Source of the DNA: a virus
Reading direction: 5' to 3' (one strand)
DNA: 56,455 bases
IMG/VR virus record: IMGVR_UViG_3300045988_124381
This document shows, piece by piece, positions 25,442 to 33,785 of this stretch (position 1 is the stretch's first letter; every line of letters starts with the position of its first letter). Made by a program: the position numbers and the translations under genes. The notes below the pieces were generated by a model. The model was not told the DNA's origin. It searched no databases and saw only the letters and a list, made by a program, of their open reading frames with translations.

Positions 25442-25494
25442 CTAATTGTTTCGTATGTGTTGAATCGTTGTTTAGAATTGTCTTCATAATTAGG

Positions 25495-25502
25495 TATCTT
25501 TG
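25495..25502 (+). promoter_or_regulatory. -7 box TATCTTTG immediately upstream of the tRNA
   Basis: Ends 12 nt before tRNA position 1. Confidence 0.45.
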
Positions 25503-25514
25503 TATAGATGCCAT

Positions 25515-25587
25515 CGCGGGTTAGAGCAGTGGTCAGCTCGTCACTTTGACTTGGTGAAGGCCGGTGGTTCGAATCCACCACCCGCAA
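25515..25587 (+). tRNA. tRNA with anticodon GAC (Val) on an initiator-tRNA-like scaffold
   Basis: cgcgggt ta gagc agtggtca gctc g tcact ttgactt ggtga aggcc ggtgg ttcgaat ccacc acccgca a. C1xA72 mismatch, A11:U24; close to E. coli tRNA-fMet outside the anticodon arm. Confidence 0.75.
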
Positions 25588-25618
25588 CGAAATATTAACT
25601 TATAAATTTTACACGATT

Positions 25619-25978
25619 ATGGAAATACTTACGCTTATCATCAAACAGAAGTTCTTTGACGAAATCTTGTCAGGTAAGAAAACTCAAGAGTTCAGAGAGA
25701 TTAGACCTACAACTCAGAAGAAATACTGCCAACTGGATGCCGATGGTTATTGTGTCGAAATAGACGGCATTTTACAGCCCCGACACTATGATGCTATTCA
25801 GTTCTTTGTAGGCTACAATAAAGACAGATCCAGTGCATTGGTTGAAGTCAAAGACGCAAAGATCGAATTGTTTGAAGATGAGAATCACAATTTAATTGAG
25901 TACACCTGTCAGGGCGAAATATACTTGGCCGCACAGGTCGTTTATGACCTTGGCCGAGTGATAGAAAAGCATGTTTAA
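25619..25978 (+). CDS. ASCH (PUA-like) domain protein
   Basis: ILTLIIKQKFFDEILSGKKTQEFREIR N-terminal ASCH pattern. Confidence 0.6.
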   Translation: MEILTLIIKQKFFDEILSGKKTQEFREIRPTTQKKYCQLDADGYCVEIDGILQPRHYDAIQFFVGYNKDRSSALVEVKDAKIELFEDENHNLIEYTCQGEIYLAAQVVYDLGRVIEKHV

Positions 25979-25999
25979 CCCTTTAAAACTTGTTGTTGA

Positions 26000-26161
26000 G
26001 TCAGAACAAACAGAAGTACATTTTCAACGAGTAACTACCGTGGGGGCCGTACTGGATTGACAGACCCTAACACCGGTAGAACTTCACAGGGTGGGAGATA
26101 TATTACCCGCCGGCAGCAGTATTATAACGTCCGCACAGGACTTGGTATGAGTGGCGGATAA
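26000..26161 (+). CDS. Arg/Gly-rich small ORF with no ATG/GTG start; first sense codon is GTC
   Basis: Open from GTC 26000 (right after in-frame TGA) to TAA 26159-26161, which shares an A with the next ATG. The only canonical alternative start is TTG 26057. Confidence 0.35.
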   Translation, partial: VRTNRSTFSTSNYRGGRTGLTDPNTGRTSQGGRYITRRQQYYNVRTGLGMSGG

Positions 26162-26832
26162 TGACACTGCAAGAGAGAACATACAGCTATATTGACCTCG
26201 TCAGACAAAAGACTGACGGGGTTTTGCTGTTTCTGTCCTTGGGTAAGGATTCTTTAGTATTACTGGATATGATCTATCCGAAGTTTGAAAGGATAGTCTG
26301 CGTGTTCATGTACTTTGTTAAAGGTTTAGCGCACATCGAAAGATGGGTTGGATGGGTAAAAGCTAAATATCCGAAGATAGAGTTTGTTCAGGTGCCCCAC
26401 TGGAACCTTACTTACATTCTTCGTGGTGGGATGTATTGCGTGCCAAACCCGAAAGTAAAGCTTCTGAAACTGGCCGATGTGGTGAAGGCCATGCAACTCA
26501 AATACGGCCTTTACTACACGTTCTTGGGTATGAAGAAGGCCGACGGCATGAACCGTCGTCTTATGCTGAAAGGCTATGAAGTCAACGGATACGAGAACAA
26601 CAGTATGTGCTATCCTTTGGCAGATTGGACGCAGAAAGACATCCTGTCCTACATGAAGCAGAACGGGCTGCCGGAGCCTGTCCGGTATTCGCTGAAGGCC
26701 AGTTCGGGTGTAGGGTTCAATTTGGATTGTATGTTATGGCTGGAGAAGAACTACCCGCAGGACTTACAGAAAATTTACAAGGTGTTCCCAATGGCTGAAA
26801 GAATTCTTTGGGAACATAAACAAAAGCAATAG
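26161..26832 (+). CDS. PAPS reductase / PP-loop ATP pyrophosphatase family protein
   Basis: LLFLSLGKDS PP-loop, GMKKADGMNRR, CYPLADWTQKDILSYMKQNGLP. Confidence 0.8.
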   Translation: MTLQERTYSYIDLVRQKTDGVLLFLSLGKDSLVLLDMIYPKFERIVCVFMYFVKGLAHIERWVGWVKAKYPKIEFVQVPHWNLTYILRGGMYCVPNPKVKLLKLADVVKAMQLKYGLYYTFLGMKKADGMNRRLMLKGYEVNGYENNSMCYPLADWTQKDILSYMKQNGLPEPVRYSLKASSGVGFNLDCMLWLEKNYPQDLQKIYKVFPMAERILWEHKQKQ

Positions 26833-26834
26833 GT

Positions 26835-27575
26835 ATGGAACTGAGCAAATACATAAAGAGTGAATCGGTGGAACTTAACCGTTCCGCCATTCATTTTGCA
26901 GATTATAACCCCAGGAAACTTTCTGAGGAAGCCCGAAAGACGTTAAAACGGGGTATCAAGAAGTTCGGGCTGGTTGGAGGTATCGTAGTCAACAAGCGGA
27001 CTGGCCTTACTGTCGTGTCCGGCCACCAGCGCCTGACGGTTATGGATGAGCTCCAGAAATTCCCGGAAAACGATTATAGAATCCGTGTCGATGTGATTGA
27101 CGTGGATGAGAAGCAGGAAAAAGAGTTGAATATCCTGATGAACAACCCGAACGCACAAGGAGCTTGGGACTATGACGCTTTGGCTCGATTAGTTCCGGAC
27201 ATTGATTACCAGGATGCAGGTCTGACTGCCGCCGATCTGAATATGATTGGCTGTGATTTTCTTCTCCAGACAGAAGAAGAAAGTTCTATCGCGGAAGCTT
27301 TGGAGGATATGATGGCACCGGTAACGGAGCAGAAAGAAGCCGAGAAAGCCGCCAAGCAGATGGAAAGAGCCGAGAAGGTGGCCCACATGAAGGAAGTCAA
27401 GCAGCAGGTGAAAGATGCAGCCCAGAAGCAGGCACAAGATATGGACGCTTATCTCATGCTTTCCTTCGATACGTTTGAAGCTAAGGCAGCTTTTTGTGAA
27501 AGATTTGGATATGATCCATATTCCAAGTTCATCAAGGGTGAGGTATTCGATGAACAGGTAGAAAGAATTGAATGA
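26835..27575 (+). CDS. ParB/Srx N-terminal (ParB-like nuclease) domain protein
   Basis: ADYNPRKLS...LKRGIKKFGLVGGIVVN...VVSGHQRL. Confidence 0.75.
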   Translation: MELSKYIKSESVELNRSAIHFADYNPRKLSEEARKTLKRGIKKFGLVGGIVVNKRTGLTVVSGHQRLTVMDELQKFPENDYRIRVDVIDVDEKQEKELNILMNNPNAQGAWDYDALARLVPDIDYQDAGLTAADLNMIGCDFLLQTEEESSIAEALEDMMAPVTEQKEAEKAAKQMERAEKVAHMKEVKQQVKDAAQKQAQDMDAYLMLSFDTFEAKAAFCERFGYDPYSKFIKGEVFDEQVERIE

Positions 27576-27649
27576 GAAATTAAAACAAGGAGGGATGCCG
27601 AGTTAGAAGGAAAACTTATAGCCAGTTGTATCAACAGTCAAGACGAATA

Positions 27650-27835
27650 ATGTATAACGCTGGAAGGCAATACGGGCTTGGTACAGATAGGCAAAGAAGT
27701 ATAAGAGACAGAACGAGGTCTATAATGGAAAGATATGCAGCGAGAATAGACAGTTATTTCTCAAAAAGAGGAATTGATGTTTATGGCAATAAGCCTGTTT
27801 CTCGCCGTATTTATATGGGTAACAATAATGGATGA
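27650..27835 (+). CDS. Small Arg-rich protein ending RIYMGNNNG
   Basis: Paralog of 20741-20989 (AGRQYGLG vs AQQRYGSN; VSRRIYMGNNNG vs VSKRIYMGLNDG). Confidence 0.5.
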   Translation: MYNAGRQYGLGTDRQRSIRDRTRSIMERYAARIDSYFSKRGIDVYGNKPVSRRIYMGNNNG

Positions 27836-27975
27836 ATATGGTGGGAGATTTTATCCTTTTGCTAAAGAGGCTTATAAAGCAGAATTTCTTTTGTGTCCAT
27901 CATTACGTTTGGAAAGGACCTTTAGACTTCCGCTATGAAATCTGTGATAAGTGTGGAAAATTAAAAAAGAGTTGA
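27832..27975 (+). CDS. Small hypothetical protein (47 aa) with CxxC
   Basis: ATGA overlap upstream; stop abuts the next ATG; ...YEICDKCGKLKKS. Confidence 0.4.
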   Translation: MNMVGDFILLLKRLIKQNFFCVHHYVWKGPLDFRYEICDKCGKLKKS

Positions 27976-28158
27976 ATGAAAGCATCAGAAGAATTTGGAG
28001 AAATTATTGACAGGATAGACAACCTGTTAGGAGCATTGGGGTTACCTATGCAAGCGGAGTTTCATGTAAATCAGATGAAGCATGAGCTCAGTGAAATATC
28101 GGATAAATTGAAACGAATATACGTCGAAGAAGAGGGTGAAAACCCTTGGGAGGAATAA
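27976..28158 (+). CDS. Hypothetical protein
   Basis: ORF in the array just upstream of the terminase. Confidence 0.45.
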   Translation: MKASEEFGEIIDRIDNLLGALGLPMQAEFHVNQMKHELSEISDKLKRIYVEEEGENPWEE

Positions 28159-28161
28159 ATT

Positions 28162-28677
28162 ATGAGCAATAGTGAATCTCAACATAAGAAACACGCAGGA
28201 GGGCGAAAGCCTAAATTTGACTACAAGAGTGAGGAGTTTCTCTCTCAAGTGGAAACGTATGCCAAGAAGGGATTCACGGACAAAGAAATCGCTTTTGCTT
28301 TAGGACTATGCCCTCAAACATTCAGTGAAAAGAAGAGTGAGCACTGCGAATTAAGCGAAGTATTAGCGCGCGGGCGTGCAACCATCACCGCTGCTGTGCG
28401 TGCGAAGTTCCTTGCTATGGCTTTGGGCGGTATCAAGACCAAGAGTACTGTAGTCAGGAAGTTGAAAGACCAGGACGGTAATCTTACCGGCGAAGAAGAG
28501 CTTCAGGTAAGTGAAAGCGAGCTGGCTCCAAACCTTCAGGCCATGTCAGTCTGGCTGTACCATCATGATGAGGAGTGGAGAAAGGTTGAACGTCGCCAGG
28601 ATGAAGACGCTGATATTCCAAAGGACATTGATCATGGTATCAGTATTGACTCATGGATTAAAGACAAGCTGAAATGA
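28162..28677 (+). CDS. terS: Terminase small subunit
   Basis: HTH-like KGFTDKEIAFALGL; position immediately upstream of and overlapping TerL. Confidence 0.55.
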   Translation: MSNSESQHKKHAGGRKPKFDYKSEEFLSQVETYAKKGFTDKEIAFALGLCPQTFSEKKSEHCELSEVLARGRATITAAVRAKFLAMALGGIKTKSTVVRKLKDQDGNLTGEEELQVSESELAPNLQAMSVWLYHHDEEWRKVERRQDEDADIPKDIDHGISIDSWIKDKLK

Positions 28678-29942
28678 TTGTTCCTCAAGAAATATATCAT
28701 CCGTTATACACCGATTGTGAGAAGTTTATCATCCTTATCACCGGTGGCCGTGGATCGGGAAAGAGTTTCAACGCTTCTACCTTCATTGAGCGTTTGACGT
28801 TCGAAATGACTCCGGTGGAGAAGATTGTCCACCAGATCCTTTATACACGTTACACGATGGTATCTGCCGGCATGTCTATCATTCCGGAAATGATGGAAAA
28901 GATAGAGCTGGACGGAACCACGAAGTATTTCAAGACCACCAAGACGGACATCGTAAACCGGATGACTGGCAGTCGTATCATGTTCAGAGGTATCAAGACT
29001 TCTTCCGGAAATCAGACTGCCAAGCTGAAATCCATTCAGGGTATCACGACATTTGTCTGCGATGAAGCGGAGGAATGGACCAGTGAGGAAGAGTTTGACA
29101 AGATTATGCTCTCCATCCGTAAGAAGGGAATCCAAAACCGCATTATCATTATTATGAATCCCTGTGATTCGAACCATTTCATCTACAAGAAATACATCGA
29201 AAATACCCACCGACTGGTGGAGATTGACGGTGCTCAGGTTCAAATCTCAACTCATCCCAATGTTCTTCACATCCATACGACGTACTTCGACAATATCGAG
29301 AACCTTTCTCCTGAGTTCCTGAGAGAAGTCAAGGAGATGAAAGAGAAGAATCCGGAAAAATACGCTCATGTGGTTATCGGACGATGGGCAGACGTGGCTG
29401 AGGGTGCCGTGTTCAAGAAATGGGGTATCGTAGATGAGTTCCCAATGTGGTGCAAGAAGGTGGCTATCGGGCTGGATTTCGGTTATACCAATGATCCTAC
29501 AGCAGCTATCCGGTGCGGAATCATAGACAATGCACTATATCTGGATGAAATAGATTATAGAACTGGATTATTATCTGGGGATATTATAAAAACCTTGCGG
29601 CCTTGGAATCTGAGAGTGATTGCCGACAGTGCAGACCCGCGACTCATTCAGGAAATCCATAACGGAGGTATCAAGATTTATCCAGTAGAGAAAGGACAAG
29701 GTTCTGTCAATGCCGGTATAGACAAGATGCAGGGTATGGAAATTTTCATTACTAAACATTCTTATAACCTTCAACGGGAGTTCAGAAATTATGTATGGGC
29801 CAAGGATAAGGATGGAAACTATATCAACGAGCCAGAAGATCACGATAACCACGGTATTGATGCTGCTCGTTACTATGTGCTGGGAGAACTTCTCGGCAGG
29901 ATTATGAAACCGAAAGACATTTCAGGAGTATTTGGACATTAA
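28674..29942 (+). CDS. terL: Terminase large subunit (PBSX-like)
   Basis: Walker A ITGGRGSGKS, Walker B FVCDEAEE, C-terminal RNaseH-like nuclease acidic residues. Confidence 0.85.
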   Translation: MIVPQEIYHPLYTDCEKFIILITGGRGSGKSFNASTFIERLTFEMTPVEKIVHQILYTRYTMVSAGMSIIPEMMEKIELDGTTKYFKTTKTDIVNRMTGSRIMFRGIKTSSGNQTAKLKSIQGITTFVCDEAEEWTSEEEFDKIMLSIRKKGIQNRIIIIMNPCDSNHFIYKKYIENTHRLVEIDGAQVQISTHPNVLHIHTTYFDNIENLSPEFLREVKEMKEKNPEKYAHVVIGRWADVAEGAVFKKWGIVDEFPMWCKKVAIGLDFGYTNDPTAAIRCGIIDNALYLDEIDYRTGLLSGDIIKTLRPWNLRVIADSADPRLIQEIHNGGIKIYPVEKGQGSVNAGIDKMQGMEIFITKHSYNLQREFRNYVWAKDKDGNYINEPEDHDNHGIDAARYYVLGELLGRIMKPKDISGVFGH

Positions 29943-29952
29943 ACTTTGAAAT

Positions 29953-31464
29953 ATGACTTTAGAAGAAATTTTAGCTATGCCGGAAGTAGAGAGAAAAATC
30001 TACTATCTGAAGAAAGGACGAAAGACCGAGCAACCAAACGCTCACGCCCTTTACAACGACTGGAATCCGAACAAGCACGAGATAGTGATTGATGAGGAAA
30101 AATATCCGAAAATCAAAATCACTACCCAGCCTGAGAAACGGATTACAGACCCGACAACCGGGAAAGAATATGTGGAACCGGCGGTAAGGAAAGAAGTTGA
30201 TCCGAATAGAATTGCCCTTCCTATCGAGCAGGATATAGTGAACATTCAGACTGCCTTCACAGTCGGAACAGAACCGGTTCTTGACTGCCAGCCGGACCAG
30301 TCGGAAGAAAGTCTTCTTTCTGCCTTGAAGCAGGTATTCAAGAAGAATAAACTGAAATACCAGAACAAGAAGGTCGTGCGTGCATGGTTGGCCGAGCAGG
30401 AAGTGGCCGAGTACTGGTATGTAGTGAAAGATGATGGTTTCTGGGCCAAGCTCAAGCGCAAGATTTCAGGAATCTTCGGCAAGTCAAAGCCTGAATACCG
30501 TCTGAAGAGTGCCATCTGGTCACCATTTCGAGGTGACAAGCTCTACCCTTTCTTCAACGATCAGGGGGATTTAGTAGCTCTCTCTCGTGAATACAAGAAG
30601 AAAGACTTGAATGATGTAGAAATCACCTGTTTTATGACCATCACCAAGGATATGGTTTACCAGTGGGAACTGACGAGCAACTGGGTCGACAAGGGTTCTT
30701 TCGCACATGGGTTCAAGAAAATGCCGGTGATCTACATGTATCGTCCGGAAGCTTATTGCGAGAAGATAAAATCTTTACGTGTAAGACTGGAGAAGCTTCT
30801 TTCTAGTTATGCGGACTGCATCGACTATCATTTTTTCCCGATCCTTATGTTGTTTGGGAATGTGGAGAATTTCTCCGGTGAGTTCAAGAATCGGGTGGTC
30901 GAGCTGACCGGGGAGGGAGCAAATGCCCAGTACCTTACCTGGTCACAGGTGCCTGACACCATCAAGTTCGAGGTAGAAACCTTGTTAAGTCAGATTTACG
31001 GACTGACCAATACTCCCAGAATATCATTTGACTCCCTGAAGGGTACAGGTAATGCTGTATCCGGTGTGACTTTTGACTATGTGTTCATGTCTACCCACCT
31101 GAATGTGGAGAATCTGAATGAAACAGTAGGGGAGTTCATGCAACGGCGTGTGAACTTTCTTGTTTCTGCCTTGGGTTCCGTGAATTCAACTCTTGAAACA
31201 GCCTCTGAAACCATCGATGTGGACGTGCAAATGCAGCCGTATAAGTTGGAGGACATCAAGGATAAGATTGACACTGCTATTAAGGCTAAGGACGGTGAAA
31301 TCTGGTCACAACAGCGGGCCATCACCTTTGTAGGGAACGTGGATTCGGTTTTGGATGAGATTGAAGCCATCAAGGAAGAGCAGGCAGAGAAGCAGAAGAA
31401 CGACATTGAGAAACAGAAACAGCTTTCCTCTCTCAAAAGTGCTAGTAGCAAATCTGAAGAATAG
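29953..31464 (+). CDS. Portal protein
   Basis: Size and position after TerL; acidic/coiled C-terminus. Confidence 0.7.
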   Translation: MTLEEILAMPEVERKIYYLKKGRKTEQPNAHALYNDWNPNKHEIVIDEEKYPKIKITTQPEKRITDPTTGKEYVEPAVRKEVDPNRIALPIEQDIVNIQTAFTVGTEPVLDCQPDQSEESLLSALKQVFKKNKLKYQNKKVVRAWLAEQEVAEYWYVVKDDGFWAKLKRKISGIFGKSKPEYRLKSAIWSPFRGDKLYPFFNDQGDLVALSREYKKKDLNDVEITCFMTITKDMVYQWELTSNWVDKGSFAHGFKKMPVIYMYRPEAYCEKIKSLRVRLEKLLSSYADCIDYHFFPILMLFGNVENFSGEFKNRVVELTGEGANAQYLTWSQVPDTIKFEVETLLSQIYGLTNTPRISFDSLKGTGNAVSGVTFDYVFMSTHLNVENLNETVGEFMQRRVNFLVSALGSVNSTLETASETIDVDVQMQPYKLEDIKDKIDTAIKAKDGEIWSQQRAITFVGNVDSVLDEIEAIKEEQAEKQKNDIEKQKQLSSLKSASSKSEE

Positions 31465-31538
31465 AACAATTCAGTCAGAAAAATTACGGGGCATATATAA
31501 AACAGACAGAAAAAATCTAAAATATTGACTAATTAAAT

Positions 31539-31569
31539 AGCGGTATCTTTCGTGGTACCGCTATTTTTT
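31539..31569 (+). terminator. Rho-independent terminator after the portal gene
   Basis: agcggta/taccgct stem then attttttat. Confidence 0.65.
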
Positions 31570-31579
31570 ATGTAATTGC

Positions 31580-31610
31580 TTTGTTTTTAGTACCAAATTT
31601 AGTACCTTTG
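31580..31610 (+). promoter_or_regulatory. Promoter TTTG-N19-TACCTTTG for hicAB-1
   Basis: The spacer contains a direct repeat of tagtacc; ATG 18 nt downstream. Confidence 0.6.
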
Positions 31611-31627
31611 CATAAAACGAAAACACA

Positions 31628-31885
31628 ATGGGGTCAAAAGAGAAATTGATAGAACGGTTCAAGAAGCTGCCAAAGGATTTTACCTTTGAAGAAACCCTTT
31701 CTTTACTTAGTTACTTCGGCTATACCAAGCATAACAAAGGGGCCACTTCCGGTTCCCGTATCCGTTTCAAGAACGAAGAAACCGGGCAATACATAGACAT
31801 ACATCGTCCACACCCTGGAAGTATAATGAAAGCGTGGATGATGAAAGCGATTTATCAGCATTTGAAAAATAACGGTTTAATATAA
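31628..31885 (+). CDS. hicA: HicA-family toxin
   Basis: GATSGSRIRFKN...YIDIHRPHPGSIMK pattern; followed by HicB. Confidence 0.6.
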   Translation: MGSKEKLIERFKKLPKDFTFEETLSLLSYFGYTKHNKGATSGSRIRFKNEETGQYIDIHRPHPGSIMKAWMMKAIYQHLKNNGLI

Positions 31886-31891
31886 AGGACT

Positions 31892-32254
31892 ATGGATTAT
31901 TTGGAATACAAAGGTTACAAGGGTTCTGTGGAATACAGCAAAGAGGATAATTGCCTTTGCGGTAAAGTACAAGGAATGGGCAACAAAGCCTTGATTCTTT
32001 ATGAAGGGACTACCATTGACGAACTCCGAAAGGATTTTGAAGAAGGGATTGACAGCTATCTCGAAGGATGTAAAGCGGATGGTGTTGAGCCGGTAAAACC
32101 GTTTAGCGGAAAACTCAACCTACGTATGACTTCTGAGCTTCATGCACGTGTGGCTGCATTTGCCGCAAGTACAGGAATGACCATTAATGATTTCATCAAC
32201 AAGGCCATTGTCAATGAATTGGAACATGATTGTATCACTTTAAAAAGAAATTAA
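31892..32254 (+). CDS. hicB: HicB-family antitoxin with RHH C-terminus
   Basis: YKGYKGSVEYSKEDNCLCGKV...FSGKLNLRMTSELHARVAAFAASTGMTINDFINKAI. Confidence 0.8.
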   Translation: MDYLEYKGYKGSVEYSKEDNCLCGKVQGMGNKALILYEGTTIDELRKDFEEGIDSYLEGCKADGVEPVKPFSGKLNLRMTSELHARVAAFAASTGMTINDFINKAIVNELEHDCITLKRN

Positions 32255-32255
32255 A

Positions 32256-32612
32256 ATGAAAGTTAAAATTGGAGATTACAATTTACTAGAATCAATTACT
32301 ATTATTCAAATGCATAATTCACCTATATATTGTGAATTAGAAGATAAAATAGAAGGTGATGTACATTTAGAGATTGATTTTAAAGAGGATAGAAATGAAC
32401 CTCGTCCATATACAAATATTAAAGCGCAAGATAATTATAAATTGCTTATTACTATTTATAATCAAAAAGACAATGGTGGAAACTTGGAATTGATCAAAAT
32501 AGGAACTTATATGAGGAAGTATGAATTATACATAAATATTCGTATTGTAGATATTCATGATGATACTCATACTATTATCTTAAATTTATATACTAAGGAG
32601 ATGGAGGGATAA
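32256..32612 (+). CDS. Hypothetical cytosolic protein (118 aa), AT-rich
   Basis: Tightly packed after hicB; no recognisable motif. Confidence 0.5.
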   Translation: MKVKIGDYNLLESITIIQMHNSPIYCELEDKIEGDVHLEIDFKEDRNEPRPYTNIKAQDNYKLLITIYNQKDNGGNLELIKIGTYMRKYELYINIRIVDIHDDTHTIILNLYTKEMEG

Positions 32613-32614
32613 TT

Positions 32615-32971
32615 ATGGTTGAGGAACAGAATAATAGGTTTATATCCGGAACATATTCAAATGTTAAAAGTAGTCTTATAGAGATTACCGAAGATAAGTT
32701 AAATATTATTGTAAATAAATATTCTAATCAACTCAGAAAGACTAGAGATTGGGTAGGTTATAGTGGCATTTTAGTAACAATCCTACTATCATTACTAACG
32801 TGTGATTTTAATAATAATTTTTTAGGTATATCTAGTGATATTTGGTATGCTTTGTTTGTGATAGGTTTTATTGTTTCTGCTTTCTTGCTTTTAATATCCA
32901 TTTATAATGCTGTTAGATTTAGAAATATATCAGAGAAAATGATTAAAGAAATAAAAAACGAAGATAATTAA
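32615..32971 (+). CDS. Hypothetical 2-TM membrane protein (118 aa), AT-rich
   Basis: GYSGILVTILLSLLT and WYALFVIGFIVSAFLLLISIY helices; soluble N-terminal helix. Confidence 0.5.
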   Translation: MVEEQNNRFISGTYSNVKSSLIEITEDKLNIIVNKYSNQLRKTRDWVGYSGILVTILLSLLTCDFNNNFLGISSDIWYALFVIGFIVSAFLLLISIYNAVRFRNISEKMIKEIKNEDN

Positions 32972-32978
32972 GTATTTC

Positions 32979-33012
32979 AGCGTGATTATTCCAGTAGTCA
33001 CGCTTCCTTTTT
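32979..33012 (+). terminator. Rho-independent terminator
   Basis: agcgtga/tcacgct stem then tcctttttg. Confidence 0.6.
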
Positions 33013-33125
33013 GTCTAAAAACGAACATTCTCCCAATTGTTTCGTATCGTTAACCTCAAAATTTCCCCTTCCCTTTTTATATAAGTAAATTTACCGTATG
33101 AAATTATTAATCAAACTCATACGGT

Positions 33126-33782
33126 ATGACAATCTTTGAACAAATCTTGGCAGGACTGCAACAGAAATTCTCTGGGGTGGACACTGCTACACTCACCCGT
33201 ATCGCCACAAAGAAGGCTGAGGGTGTAACGGACGAAACGAAGGTAAACTCTATTGTTGAGGGTATCTCATTTCAGGACGTGATGCAAAATTATGGTGATT
33301 TCCGTGCAGGACAGGCGCAGACTTCCGCTGTTTCAAACTACGAGAAGAAGCATGGACTGAAAGACGGGAAACCAATCGAGAATCCGAAACCAGAACCACC
33401 GAAACCAAACGACCCTCCAAAGCCGCAGGAAACGGACATCGCAAAGATGATTGCCGATGGCATCGCCGCCGGTATCAAGCCGTTTGCCGACAAGCTGGCC
33501 AAAATGGAGGAAAATGAAGCGCAGGCGCAGCGCAATTCTCAGATTTCAGCAGTGGCGAAGAAGTATGGTATTCCCGAATTTATGCTGAAAGACCGCAACA
33601 TTCCTGAAAACACGGACTTGGATACTTATTTCAAGGACATGAAGCAGGATATGTCTAACAACGGGTTTCAGTTCTCCAAAGCTCCTGAAACTGCCGAACA
33701 GAAGCAGGAGAAGGAAGCGAGCGAGTTCGCCAAAATGATTGAGGCGGACACAAAATCTATTGTCGAACAACAAAACAAGTAA
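33126..33782 (+). CDS. Putative scaffolding protein
   Basis: Position before the capsid genes; helical, Pro/Lys-rich linker, acidic C-terminal half. Confidence 0.45.
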   Translation: MTIFEQILAGLQQKFSGVDTATLTRIATKKAEGVTDETKVNSIVEGISFQDVMQNYGDFRAGQAQTSAVSNYEKKHGLKDGKPIENPKPEPPKPNDPPKPQETDIAKMIADGIAAGIKPFADKLAKMEENEAQAQRNSQISAVAKKYGIPEFMLKDRNIPENTDLDTYFKDMKQDMSNNGFQFSKAPETAEQKQEKEASEFAKMIEADTKSIVEQQNK

Positions 33783-33785
33783 TTT

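Noticed and set aside
25441-25456. 13-mer aattgtttcgtat shared between 25444-25456 and 33035-33047
   Set aside because: With about 1.6e9 position pairs and 4^13 possible words, tens of exact 13-mer matches are expected by chance in a window this size.
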